Assembly (NCBI GenBank): GCA_965230915.1
Contig: OZ246395.1
Coordinates: 600,935 to 664,934, forward strand
Source of the DNA: an uncultured Candidatus Saccharibacteria bacterium
GTDB lineage: Bacteria > Patescibacteriota > WWE3 > 2-01-FULL-39-13
DNA: 64,000 nt
Direction of reading: 5' to 3'
Shown here: positions 27,953 to 38,500 of the stretch, one piece after another
How positions within the stretch are numbered: the stretch's first letter is position 1
How the letters are laid out: the number at the start of each line of letters is the position of its first letter
Made by a program: the position numbers and the translations under genes
Notes under the pieces: model-generated
Databases searched by the model: none
The model's input: the letters and a program-made list of their open reading frames with translations, nothing else
Told to the model about the DNA's origin: nothing

Positions 27953-29233
27953 ATGGATATAATCAAAAAATTAAGCGCATTTTCAAGCAAACAATTTATA
28001 CTGAGCCGATCTTTGATGGTTATTATAGCTTCTTTTACCGCTAACATTTTCTCATATTTATTTCAGCTAGTTTCCGGACGATATTTTTCAAAAGAAGAAT
28101 ATGGAGTATTGGTAGCACTTTTTTCATTAAGTGGAATTATTCCTTTAGTAGCGCAGTTTTTTGTAAGTGGAATCCCTAAAATTGTCGCAGAAATTAAAGA
28201 TGTCGATTATCCGAATCGTATTTCAAGCCTTTTTTACGCAATTTTTAAAATTAATACTTTTATAACGTTAGGCACGTTAGTCTTAATGTTTTTGTTTAAA
28301 GACAATATCGCTGACTTTCTGAATATCACCGACAAAAGCGTTTTAGTTCCATTTACCTTTGCTGTTGCAGCGGGAACTTTTACTTTGTTTTTTATTCCAT
28401 TCATTCAAGGTTTAACACGGTTTAAAGCTTATTCTTTTGTAACACTTTTAACAGCAATTGCGAAACTTTCGGTTGCTATCGTTGTTTTATACTTAGGCCT
28501 TGCAGTAAAAGACATTTTTTGGGGATTAACATTTACAACTTTAGGCATCGGAATAATTTGCTACAAAATATTACTTAAAAATATAAACCTAAATTGGAGG
28601 TTAACCGACCGCGAAGATATAGATATCCTAATTAAATACTCTTTAGGTGGAGCACTGTCACTAATCGGTTTAAATCTTTTAAATTTAACCGATGTTATTT
28701 TAGTAAAACATTTTTTCTCACCAGAAATGGCCGGGGTTTACGGATCGATCTCGGTTATTGGCCGAATAGTCTTTTATGCAGCATCACCAGTTGCAATCGT
28801 TATGCTTCCGATATGTACTGAAAAATTTAAAAAAGGTGAAGACTTTATTAAACCATTTTTATCAGCGCTCGCAATTTCTGGGACAATTTGTATAACAGCT
28901 GCATTTTTCTATTCGGAATTTCCACATTTCGTAATCACCACCCTATTTGGATCATCTTACTTAAGTGCCGAACCATATTTGGGCCTATTTGCTTTTTTTA
29001 TGCTTGGTTATACATTCATTTTTATTTTCTCTACATTCTTTATTGCAATTTCAAAGTTTTTCCTAAGTTCACTGGTAATTATTTCTGCTATTGTTCAAGC
29101 TGCTGGAATTTATTTTTTCTGGCATGAAAACATCTATCAGGTTATTTATGTATCTATATTCTCCGTTTCACTTGTATTAATTGCTTATTTATTTGCTTTC
29201 TTTATTTTATTGAGAAAACCCTCTACTGCTTAG
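27953..29233 (+). CDS. Wzx-type oligosaccharide flippase
   Basis: About 12 TM segments; EEYG, TDVILVKHFF...AGVY. Confidence 0.85.
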   Translation: MDIIKKLSAFSSKQFILSRSLMVIIASFTANIFSYLFQLVSGRYFSKEEYGVLVALFSLSGIIPLVAQFFVSGIPKIVAEIKDVDYPNRISSLFYAIFKINTFITLGTLVLMFLFKDNIADFLNITDKSVLVPFTFAVAAGTFTLFFIPFIQGLTRFKAYSFVTLLTAIAKLSVAIVVLYLGLAVKDIFWGLTFTTLGIGIICYKILLKNINLNWRLTDREDIDILIKYSLGGALSLIGLNLLNLTDVILVKHFFSPEMAGVYGSISVIGRIVFYAASPVAIVMLPICTEKFKKGEDFIKPFLSALAISGTICITAAFFYSEFPHFVITTLFGSSYLSAEPYLGLFAFFMLGYTFIFIFSTFFIAISKFFLSSLVIISAIVQAAGIYFFWHENIYQVIYVSIFSVSLVLIAYLFAFFILLRKPSTA

Positions 29234-31004
29234 CGGGTTGATCGAGTTTTTCTGGGTTAGCTTTGAAATCTAAAACTTGATTTAAAATACTTTGGAATTG
29301 AGCATTTGTAGGATCAAGGCTTAATAGATATTGAGCAGTTTTTTCCGCTTCATCGAAATTTTTTAACTGAACATTTAGGCTTATATATTGACCGATTAAA
29401 TTTAGGTTGTTAGGGCTAATTTGCATCGCAGTTTGATATTCTTTATACCCACTCTCATTATCTCCAACTTGAAAATATAAGATTGCCAAATTTTGGTGTG
29501 ACTGCCAAATAATTGGACTATATTTTATTGCATTTAAATATCCTTCTTCAGCTTTTTTAAAATATTCTTGTCGCTTAGCTGGGTCGGTCTCGGTTTGGAA
29601 AAGTGTCTGATATGTGTACGCCAGATTGTGATATGCATCGGCATAATTCGGCTTTAATTTTGTTGCGTAGTCGAATTCTTGAATTGCTCGCTGATAATCG
29701 CCATGTCTCGCATAATAGTCTCCTAAATTATTATGATTATTGGGGCTCGATGGTGAATATTTTGCTGCTGAAAGCCAAAGGGTATCCTCATTTTTCCAAT
29801 CTAAATTACGGTAAACAGTGCGAATTCCAAGTGCCATTATAATTACGATAAATACACATAAGACAGCTATTTTTATGCTCTCATTATTAAGTAATTTATA
29901 TATTAAATGCGCGACTATCGCGGCAAACCCCAAAATGCCCAGATATGCATATCTTTCGGCTACAAGCCAGGAAAGTTTTAATGGGGTCATAGTTGGAAGC
30001 ATTACGATCATAAAAAAGAAAAACCAGAATGTTAAATATTTATAATCGAGAATTCTTAAGTATTTTTCATTTTTCTCAAAATGTATATTCTTCCAAAACA
30101 TTAGTGTATTCTTGAATCCTTTTCTTAATTTGATAATAAGTACAATTAACGAAATTATTATGACAAGAAAAACTCCTAAGCGAATAAAGTAATTTGCGAA
30201 TGAATAGACTGTTTCAGAATGATATAAAGTCAGACCTTGTGGCCACAAAAATAACTGAATATATTCGGTAACAGCTATTGGAATTTGATAAAGCGGATTA
30301 ATATACCCCGCTTCTTGGTAGTATTCTGTCGCTAAAATTTCAGTACGCTTGCCAACAAGCCCGGCTAGCATTAAAACGAATGGGATAGAAATTAACATGT
30401 ATGAAGCTGATTTTAAGAAAGATGATTTTGATTCCTGTGAATAAATAAATTTATAAAGAATATAAATTGCGGCTAATGATACTGCTTTTTCGGAAGTTAG
30501 AACTGCAAATAAATATAAAAGCAGGGATAAAAAATATTTCCAATTATATTTATCTTCTGATTCAAGAAAGAATATAAAGCTTACTAAAAAGAATAGCGAA
30601 TAATAAGCGTAAACTCCGCCGGCTATCCATGTAATAGATTCTGCAAGAATCGGATGGACAATAAATAATGAAGTTACTAATATTCCGAGCCTTTTATCGT
30701 AAAGATTTCTAAATAAGTAATAGATTGAACAACCAACAGCTGCATGAAAGATTATATTAATTAATCTAAATGCCCAGGCTTGCATTCCGAATGCATGAAA
30801 GGTTAAAAGTTGTATTACTGCTGTCCCAAAACCTATGAAGGATCGAAATACATAACTCCACTTTCCAAATTCTGGATTTAATAAAATTCCACTTCGATCA
30901 TCAGATACAAAATCATTCCCTAGATTATTTGCGTATACTACAAATGCAGCAATGCAGATAATAATATAAATGTATTTATCTTTTAATAAAAAATTTTTAA
31001 ACAA
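29223..31004 (-). CDS. TMTC-like GT-C membrane protein with C-terminal TPRs
   Basis: FVSDD loop, HPILAES, AERYAYL, RNLDWKNEDTLW, followed by TPR repeats (HNNLG...AYHNLA). Confidence 0.8.
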   Translation of the reverse strand: MFKNFLLKDKYIYIIICIAAFVVYANNLGNDFVSDDRSGILLNPEFGKWSYVFRSFIGFGTAVIQLLTFHAFGMQAWAFRLINIIFHAAVGCSIYYLFRNLYDKRLGILVTSLFIVHPILAESITWIAGGVYAYYSLFFLVSFIFFLESEDKYNWKYFLSLLLYLFAVLTSEKAVSLAAIYILYKFIYSQESKSSFLKSASYMLISIPFVLMLAGLVGKRTEILATEYYQEAGYINPLYQIPIAVTEYIQLFLWPQGLTLYHSETVYSFANYFIRLGVFLVIIISLIVLIIKLRKGFKNTLMFWKNIHFEKNEKYLRILDYKYLTFWFFFFMIVMLPTMTPLKLSWLVAERYAYLGILGFAAIVAHLIYKLLNNESIKIAVLCVFIVIIMALGIRTVYRNLDWKNEDTLWLSAAKYSPSSPNNHNNLGDYYARHGDYQRAIQEFDYATKLKPNYADAYHNLAYTYQTLFQTETDPAKRQEYFKKAEEGYLNAIKYSPIIWQSHQNLAILYFQVGDNESGYKEYQTAMQISPNNLNLIGQYISLNVQLKNFDEAEKTAQYLLSLDPTNAQFQSILNQVLDFKANPEKLDQPAKQ

Positions 31005-31070
31005 GATGAATTAATAATAAATGTTTTAATTTAAGTTAGCCATATCAAATTATTTGCTAAAATGAGTCAG

Positions 31071-31970
31071 ATGGAAATCGAACTATTGTCAGTCATTGTT
31101 CCAATTTATAAAAAGGAAGCAACAATCCGAAAGGAGCTGATAAAAATATATAACATACTTAAGCAGACTCCATATAATTTTGAAATTATCGGAGTCGTAG
31201 ACGGTACCTCACTTGATAATTCACTAGCTGAAGCAAAGTCAGTAAATAAGCATCGTGTAAAAATATATGGATATAAAAATAACTATGGAAAAGGACAAGC
31301 TGTTCGATATGGCATGCAAAAATCTATTGGCGATGTAATTTGCTTTATAGACTCCGGCGGAGATATCAACCCACAAGGAATTGTAATGCTACTCGAACAT
31401 ATGAAATGGTATAAAGCCGACATTATAGTCGGAAATAAGCTACATTCAGCTAGCAAGGTTAACTATCCTACAAGCCGAAAACTTTTTAGCTGGGTTTATT
31501 CTAAATTTGTAAAATTGCTTTTCGGGCTTAAAATAATGGACACTCAAACAGGTCTAAAAGCTTATAAGAGAAAGGTTCTAGACAAAGTACTAGATGTTTT
31601 GGTGGTGAAGCGCTTTGCATTCGATATTGAAATTTTAGCCGTAGCACACTCTCTTGGTTTCAAAAAAATTTATGATGCACCAGTTGATGTAAATCTTGAT
31701 TACGAAGGCAGCAGTATTATGGGGATTTTCACCAAAAATGGGTTGTGGCTTTTTATTTACGATACACTTGCAGTTTGGTACCGATTAAGAATATTACGGT
31801 ACTACAGACCTGAAAAAGAGAATATACGCGAGAGAAAATTTAATAATGACCTAGAAATGTATGTAAATACAGGGAAAATGTCAGATAAAAATCAAGCGAT
31901 AGTAGAAAAATTCGATAAAATTCTTACTTCTCTAAGGAATTTCTTGGGACTACGCAGTGACCCAAACTAA
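31071..31970 (+). CDS. GT2 polyprenol-phosphate glycosyltransferase (DPM-synthase-like)
   Basis: VVDG, NYGKGQAV, FIDSG, DTQTGLK, RFAFDIEIL. Start placed at 31071, downstream of TGnTAAAAT; the track start is 31062. Confidence 0.82.
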   Translation: MEIELLSVIVPIYKKEATIRKELIKIYNILKQTPYNFEIIGVVDGTSLDNSLAEAKSVNKHRVKIYGYKNNYGKGQAVRYGMQKSIGDVICFIDSGGDINPQGIVMLLEHMKWYKADIIVGNKLHSASKVNYPTSRKLFSWVYSKFVKLLFGLKIMDTQTGLKAYKRKVLDKVLDVLVVKRFAFDIEILAVAHSLGFKKIYDAPVDVNLDYEGSSIMGIFTKNGLWLFIYDTLAVWYRLRILRYYRPEKENIRERKFNNDLEMYVNTGKMSDKNQAIVEKFDKILTSLRNFLGLRSDPN

Positions 31971-34189
31971 TTTTCATAAAAATTTTTAATTATATAATTA
32001 TCTCTCGTACTCCAAATTACAATTGGGCTTTTAACTAGCTTTAGCTTTATTAGGGAATTTACAAACTCCGATAAATCGGCCGAATCACCATTCCGTTTAA
32101 AGGTTATTGTTTCGCCTTGGCCAAAATAATACGCTGTTAGTTCGCCATTTAAGTTAATATAATTTTCCGCAAAAATTTTGCTATTTCTGTCATAGCTTAT
32201 TGGGATCATAATAACTTCCGAATTATTTTTGAAAATCTTTATTTGTGCATCAATCCCTGACACTTCTTCAACATCCTGAATATCACCAGTAATGAAATTC
32301 AACAAAACAGTCCCTTCTGGAGCAGCCCTAAAACTAACTGGGACCCTTACATTTATTACCTGACCCTTATCACACGATGGATTATTAAATATTTCAATAT
32401 TTTCGAATGGCTCTTCTTTTGACAAATAGCTAGTATGAAAAACTTTTATTAAAAATTTATTATATCCAAGATCTCTCTCACACTTATAATTTAACTCTAC
32501 CTCAAACGTATCTCTTTCTGATGAATTGGTATTTTCAAATAGGAAAAATTTACTTTTACTATCCCCTTTAAATTTTCCCATATACCACGATCTGAACGGA
32601 ATATTTTGTATAAACTCTTGGGCAAATTCGTCAGAACTTGAATTAACAACTACAAAGTTGTTAGTGGAATTAAAATTGCTTAGAGGTGTACTAACGATTT
32701 CATTATATTGGGAATTAGCAACCATATATTTGTTTATGAATATTGCATCCGTAACTTTTACAAAATATTTGTCGAAAATATCTCCGTCCTTATAAATCTT
32801 GGTATATGGCAAGATAATTATTCTGTCACCATCATTTATCAGTTTCTGGTTTGGCCATTTTATATTATTATTTATACTTCCATACCTTAAATAAACTCCG
32901 AAAGTTAAGGCCATACTTACGAAAATAAGAATTATCCTTTTTTGGTTCCTAGAATATTCAACCATACCTACACCACTCTTTTCGCTTGTTATCAACATGA
33001 AAACATAGATTACTCCGAGAACTAAAATTACAAGTATAAACTTATCTATGCTAAATGCGAAAACAGAAAATAATAACGCAATCGGAAGAAAGGCCAGTGA
33101 AAATTTGTAAACAGGCAATCTTAGGTTTACTTTACCAATTTTATTCATTCCGATTTTAATAAAGCCAGTAATTAGGGGAACACAAATAAGAATTCCAAGA
33201 AAAATGATCAAAATACCCAAAGGGAACAAAACCAACCTAGAAGCACTTAACGATAAAATATTTTCTCCTACAAGAACAGAATAAGTTCCGCCAATATAAT
33301 TAGCTATATACTCGAGCGAAATAGACCCCACATCTTTTATAGATATAGACATCAGACTTACTATGTAGACAATCAACAGAGGGACAAAAAAGCCTAAATA
33401 TAGTTTACTGGTGCCCATAAAGAAATTTTCTATGCTTACAAGAATAGATTCATATGTTTTCGATTCTATAAATATCTTGGGTTTATCTATAATTGCCACA
33501 AATAAATATCTAAGTACCGCAATTAGTATCAATATATATATTGCCTGTTGTGCAAGTTTCAAAAGTCCTTCATTTAAATATTTTAATTCGATAATTTTAT
33601 CTAGCTCATCTTTGGGATATACAGATCTATCATATGCACGCATATAATTTCCAAAAATTGAATAATATTCTGGGGTCAATAAATATAAAGCTGGAATCGT
33701 TATTAAAGTTTTCCCTAAAAATTTTTTTTCAGAGATATTAACACCATTTATACTATAATCGGCTGAGGTATCTGATCCTAATTCTGAAAAATTGCAGCTT
33801 ATATTGTCAGACATCCTAAATTCAGAATCACAAATGAGTATTATTGTCTTAGCGTTAACTGTGCCTAAAACACTTAAAATATCTTTTTTATTTTCAGAAT
33901 TAATATCGGAAGATAGAATTACGAAATATTGCCTATCTAATAAGGCAGCGCTTTGAATTTTGTTATAAAAAAGCCCCAAAAAGGATGGCTGACTTTGTTG
34001 ACTATTATTTTCGATAGTATTCCTATAATCGAATAGGCTTAATGCATCGATTCCAAAATCTGAAAATTTATCTGTATAGTACCTATATTCGTTTATTGCT
34101 AGCACTTCTTTCGCAAAGGCCGTAGACACGGCTAAAGCAATAAACATCGTTGTGAGTATGAATAATTTATTTTTCAAATAATTTTTCAT
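31967..34189 (-). CDS. Hypothetical multi-pass membrane protein with large soluble domains
   Basis: 740-aa ORF with a signal-like N-terminus and about 6 central TM helices. Confidence 0.75.
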   Translation of the reverse strand: MKNYLKNKLFILTTMFIALAVSTAFAKEVLAINEYRYYTDKFSDFGIDALSLFDYRNTIENNSQQSQPSFLGLFYNKIQSAALLDRQYFVILSSDINSENKKDILSVLGTVNAKTIILICDSEFRMSDNISCNFSELGSDTSADYSINGVNISEKKFLGKTLITIPALYLLTPEYYSIFGNYMRAYDRSVYPKDELDKIIELKYLNEGLLKLAQQAIYILILIAVLRYLFVAIIDKPKIFIESKTYESILVSIENFFMGTSKLYLGFFVPLLIVYIVSLMSISIKDVGSISLEYIANYIGGTYSVLVGENILSLSASRLVLFPLGILIIFLGILICVPLITGFIKIGMNKIGKVNLRLPVYKFSLAFLPIALLFSVFAFSIDKFILVILVLGVIYVFMLITSEKSGVGMVEYSRNQKRIILIFVSMALTFGVYLRYGSINNNIKWPNQKLINDGDRIIILPYTKIYKDGDIFDKYFVKVTDAIFINKYMVANSQYNEIVSTPLSNFNSTNNFVVVNSSSDEFAQEFIQNIPFRSWYMGKFKGDSKSKFFLFENTNSSERDTFEVELNYKCERDLGYNKFLIKVFHTSYLSKEEPFENIEIFNNPSCDKGQVINVRVPVSFRAAPEGTVLLNFITGDIQDVEEVSGIDAQIKIFKNNSEVIMIPISYDRNSKIFAENYINLNGELTAYYFGQGETITFKRNGDSADLSEFVNSLIKLKLVKSPIVIWSTRDNYIIKNFYEN

Positions 34190-34574
34190 AAAAAATATCT
34201 TTTAGTACTCCAATTATCAAAATTCCAAATCCAATTAAAGAGAAATATTCTGCTAACTTCGAATATCCTAAAAGTAATGCGATAACACCCAGACATATCA
34301 TAATGATAGAAAAACCATATGAGTATTTTCTATCAACAATAAAGGTAAAAAATAGACACCAAAGAATTATAAGTATGAATATCAAATTTAAAATTATTGA
34401 AAATCCGAAATAACTTGTAAGAGTAATAAAAAAAATTATGGCAAGTATTGCATTTAAGAACTTTTTATCTAGCCCATAAACTTTATCTATATTATTTATA
34501 TTTACATAAAAAGTTATTCCTATTATTAGCGCAAGAACAAATCTTATAATGTCAAATTGACTTTCAATAATCAT
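34167..34574 (-). CDS. Small 4-TM membrane protein
   Basis: Hydrophobic 135-aa ORF overlapping both neighbours. Confidence 0.7.
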   Translation of the reverse strand: MIIESQFDIIRFVLALIIGITFYVNINNIDKVYGLDKKFLNAILAIIFFITLTSYFGFSIILNLIFILIILWCLFFTFIVDRKYSYGFSIIMICLGVIALLLGYSKLAEYFSLIGFGILIIGVLKDIFYEKLFEK

Positions 34575-36886
34575 TTTTTGATAGACCTATATCGAACTAT
34601 AAACATCATAGTAATTAGTACAATAACTGTTGTAATCGCGATATATGTAAAAATCTCATTAGTTTTTTGTATCGTTAAAATTATCCTGACTCTATATAAA
34701 CCAGCTTCTGGAATATCTGCAAACCATACATTTCCGAATCCGTTACCGATTGAATGTTTTATTCCTTCAATCGGTTCGCCATTTTCTTTTGCCAATTCTA
34801 ATTTCCAACTTGGGCTAAATTTTTGCGAAAAGTATATTGGAATTTCTCCTGGGCCTTGCGCACTTAAATTAAATTCATATTCAGTAGAAGATATCTTTTT
34901 AATATCGGTAATTTTAGCAATATTATTTCTTAGTTGAATTTTAAAATCATCATCCGAAATATATAGATCAGTCGTGTCGAGTATATTTTGATTTTCGGCA
35001 AGTGATGTATTTGCAGATACTTTATTTGGGATATACACAATCTGGTCAGTATGATTAATAAATTCATAAATATAGAAATTATCAGTCTCGGCAACCATCT
35101 TTAGTGCTGGCTGGCTAGATAGTCGTCTATTCACAGATTCTGGTCTGCCCCAAAGCCATATCGATCCAAACTCACGAACCTTAATTGATTCTGTGTAGTT
35201 CCACAGATAGTAGGGCCCCTTACGATCTACTACAACATATTTAATATTCCCTATTTTTAATATGTTACTAAAATCACTCATGGCTACTATATCGTTATAT
35301 AAAACAGAAATAAGCGAGCTATTCACATCTCCTCCACTTAATATGTTTGCATTCGCTGGAATGTGAAAAAGTGGAAACTCATATCTTAAAAACGACTCAT
35401 ATAAAGTTTGTGAATTATTGGGAATAACAATAATTCTTTCGGTAGAAGAAAGATTATGTTTTGAAGTAAATTCTTTTAATTCACTAAAATACTTCGGATA
35501 TGAAGATTCATTTACAAAGACAGTATGATAAGAATCAATGGAAGTTATTTTGTTTGTTTCATATTGCAAATCTTTTCCTAGATAGCCCGAAGTCAGGAAT
35601 TGGAATTTCGCCAGAAAATTTGCCAAAACTAAGAACAATAGAACAACAAGATATTTTTTCTTATTTTTGAATTTAATAAAAAATAAAATATATATCATCA
35701 GCAAAGACATAAATTCTGACAACATAAACTTCTTGGGATTTCGGTAAATACTTATAAATGGCAAATTTTCTATTATAGAACTCCCTTTTTGAAGATAAAA
35801 AACATACGAGACTAAAATTATTCCAAGGAAATAAATGAAATATGTGTAAATTAAAAAATCTATGTTTTTTATTTTCTTGTGTCGATTTTTGTAAAAATAA
35901 AGGAAACAAAAAATTATAACTAGCACATTCGATATTCCCAAAATTGTATATACCGTATAATCAACATCCAAAAACCTAGACTGATAATCGAAATAAATAT
36001 TGGTAATGTCTCCCTTATTACCTGTGTTATATAAAGAATTCAGCACCGTTGAATTTGCATACATATAGTTGATTTCATTTTTTATTCCACTATCCAAACT
36101 GGATAAAGTGGCTGCAGTAAAATTAACGGCAGAAAATAAATTGAAATAGAGTTGATAAATAATATTTAAGTTTGCTAAAAGAAAAAGGCCAGCAAATATT
36201 AAAATAGCTAATAGGTACTCTTTTATTTTTAACCGCCCTTGGTAAAACCCCCGGATGCTTAATACTAAAAACTCAGGAAAGAGGAATAAACCAATATAGA
36301 AGATAGAAAGCCAGTTATACCAAGTCGATATCAATAATAGAAAGAAAAGCACCAATAAGTCCGAAAACCTTTTGTCTCTAAACAAAAAATACAGGTAAAA
36401 ACCCATTAGCATCGCAAATGTATATACTATAGAAGTCTCGAATTGCCCTTGAGAATAATTTGCGATATTCACACTAGAAAAAGTGTAAAGAAGAGAAAAT
36501 AAAAGTGTCGCATATGTCTTAGCTTTTAAACTTTTAATATTGAATCTCGTTAAAACCGAATAAATACCCCAGTACAAAACTAGATAATTAAAATTTATGT
36601 ATATAAGTTGCAAAATATGCGGAGAAACGAATCGTGTAAATTGAGACAAAATAAATTGTGGGATATTCACCATTCCAAATGACCCAGAGAATTGCTCAAA
36701 CCATAAAAGCAGAATATTTTTAAAAGGAATGGGCTCAAGAGGAATCGAAACCATATCACCCCAAGATGGGTTCCATAGATCGAACACATAATGATACTGA
36801 ACTATTGTTAGTATGATTAGGTAGACTAAAAGCCCAGCAATTTTATAGAGGATTTCACTGCTAACCTTAAGTTTTTCTTTTAACAT
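34571..36886 (-). CDS. GT-C-like (YfhO/AftD-like) membrane glycosyltransferase
   Basis: TM followed by a WGD loop, many TMs, IYRNPKKF, NIKYVVV, C-terminal FSPSW...NGFGNVW and a terminal TM. Confidence 0.65.
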   Translation of the reverse strand: MLKEKLKVSSEILYKIAGLLVYLIILTIVQYHYVFDLWNPSWGDMVSIPLEPIPFKNILLLWFEQFSGSFGMVNIPQFILSQFTRFVSPHILQLIYINFNYLVLYWGIYSVLTRFNIKSLKAKTYATLLFSLLYTFSSVNIANYSQGQFETSIVYTFAMLMGFYLYFLFRDKRFSDLLVLFFLLLISTWYNWLSIFYIGLFLFPEFLVLSIRGFYQGRLKIKEYLLAILIFAGLFLLANLNIIYQLYFNLFSAVNFTAATLSSLDSGIKNEINYMYANSTVLNSLYNTGNKGDITNIYFDYQSRFLDVDYTVYTILGISNVLVIIFCFLYFYKNRHKKIKNIDFLIYTYFIYFLGIILVSYVFYLQKGSSIIENLPFISIYRNPKKFMLSEFMSLLMIYILFFIKFKNKKKYLVVLLFLVLANFLAKFQFLTSGYLGKDLQYETNKITSIDSYHTVFVNESSYPKYFSELKEFTSKHNLSSTERIIVIPNNSQTLYESFLRYEFPLFHIPANANILSGGDVNSSLISVLYNDIVAMSDFSNILKIGNIKYVVVDRKGPYYLWNYTESIKVREFGSIWLWGRPESVNRRLSSQPALKMVAETDNFYIYEFINHTDQIVYIPNKVSANTSLAENQNILDTTDLYISDDDFKIQLRNNIAKITDIKKISSTEYEFNLSAQGPGEIPIYFSQKFSPSWKLELAKENGEPIEGIKHSIGNGFGNVWFADIPEAGLYRVRIILTIQKTNEIFTYIAITTVIVLITMMFIVRYRSIKK

Positions 36887-38426
36887 TTTTCATATGGCAG
36901 ACTATATCGTTAGAAGTATTAAAAGGTGACAGAACTAAAGTTGTATAAAATATAGGTAATATCAAAATATTTAAGATCCTGCGTAATAGCGTATTCTTTA
37001 GAATACTAATCCATGGATAGGGCTCAATAAATGTTAGATACCCATCTATCGGCAGAATGTGACTAGAAGTAGATTCACAGTGTTCTACTTCAAAAAATTC
37101 ACTTAACCTATCTACAGTATTTGATGGTGTTTCTAAGCCAATGTGTCCGTGATAGTCTATCCAATATTTCTGATACAAATTATTCTTTTTTAGGTGCTTT
37201 GTTAAGATATTTTCTCCATCAGTTTCGATTGAGAAAAATAATTGACCATTTTGTTTTAGTACTCTTCGTAATTCCTTCAATAACTTATTCTTATCTTCTT
37301 TATATATGTGACCAAAAACTTCTGAACAATAAACAACATCAAAAAAATTATCCGGATATGGGATTCCTTTAGATGCATCAACTACTTTAGCTTCATGATA
37401 AATCTTCTTTGCATTTTCTATACTACCTTCTGAAACATCAATTCCATATACGTCGCCGTATTTATTAAGCCCAGCAAAACCGCCGCCGCAACCAACATCT
37501 AAAATTTTATTATTTGTGCCTGCATATTTATCCAGCATCTTAAAAATAGTTTTTTCATTATGTGTTGAAGGCGAAATATCAAAGTACAATTTTTCTAAGC
37601 TAGACATTTTTCTATCAAATGTACGTGTAAACCTTCCCTCGAATAAATCCTTATACGACTCTTGATTACTATCTACCTTTTGTGCAAGGTAATATCGTTC
37701 CCAATTTAAGGCGCTTCGTATAAATGTTTCGAATAAATTACGATATTGATCAACTATTCTTGTATCAGCAATCATTTTAAGATCAACATCTGATAATTCT
37801 TTTTCAATAAATTCTTTTGAGGCATAAAAAAGATCCACCACATCTCCGTTATCCATTTGCTCTTTGTAATATCCATGATCTGGATTATCTACATAGTCGG
37901 CGATATTCCTTGCAACATTTTTTAAAACAGTGAAATTAAATGGAATAACATTAAAAACGTGTGACGAGAAAATATAAAATCCTTTTGGTTTTAATACACG
38001 GGAAATTTCTTTTAACGCATCAACTCTTTTTTCATATGGATACAAACAATCAATACTATTATGACTAAAAATAACAATATCAAAACTATGGTCGGCAAAA
38101 TCCAATTTGCATGCATCGCCTACAACAGCTTTTACGTCCGGATATTTTTCATGCATTAAATCTATTAAGTTTTTTGCGATATCTAATCCAGTAACATCAA
38201 ATCCCATATTATGAAGAGGAACTGTAGTTCGTCCTCCTCCACAACCAAGGTCTAATACTTTAATATCTGAAACTTTTTTATTTAACTTTTGTACAGCTGA
38301 AAATAATAATGACGATTCAGAATCCCACAAACTAACATCCATATTAAAATATCTTGTTATTGATTCTTCGGTGTTCCAGAAGTCTATATCTTGTTGTGTT
38401 TTGTTTGATTCCATTGCTCTGTCCAT
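36867..38426 (-). CDS. Double-domain class I SAM methyltransferase
   Basis: Two motif-I sites (VLDLGCGGG, ILDVGCGGG), followed by RVLKPKG and RVLKQNG respectively. Confidence 0.85.
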   Translation of the reverse strand: MDRAMESNKTQQDIDFWNTEESITRYFNMDVSLWDSESSLLFSAVQKLNKKVSDIKVLDLGCGGGRTTVPLHNMGFDVTGLDIAKNLIDLMHEKYPDVKAVVGDACKLDFADHSFDIVIFSHNSIDCLYPYEKRVDALKEISRVLKPKGFYIFSSHVFNVIPFNFTVLKNVARNIADYVDNPDHGYYKEQMDNGDVVDLFYASKEFIEKELSDVDLKMIADTRIVDQYRNLFETFIRSALNWERYYLAQKVDSNQESYKDLFEGRFTRTFDRKMSSLEKLYFDISPSTHNEKTIFKMLDKYAGTNNKILDVGCGGGFAGLNKYGDVYGIDVSEGSIENAKKIYHEAKVVDASKGIPYPDNFFDVVYCSEVFGHIYKEDKNKLLKELRRVLKQNGQLFFSIETDGENILTKHLKKNNLYQKYWIDYHGHIGLETPSNTVDRLSEFFEVEHCESTSSHILPIDGYLTFIEPYPWISILKNTLLRRILNILILPIFYTTLVLSPFNTSNDIVCHMKNVKRKT

Positions 38427-38500
38427 AGCATTGAATTTTACTTATTTTTATTTGCAAATCATTTTAAATTGCAAACAAAAAAATTACCTACTTAGGCAAA

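Noticed and set aside
38445-38495. TTTGCAA...TTGCAAA inverted repeat as an operator or terminator
   Set aside because: Short and AT-rich; plausible by chance.
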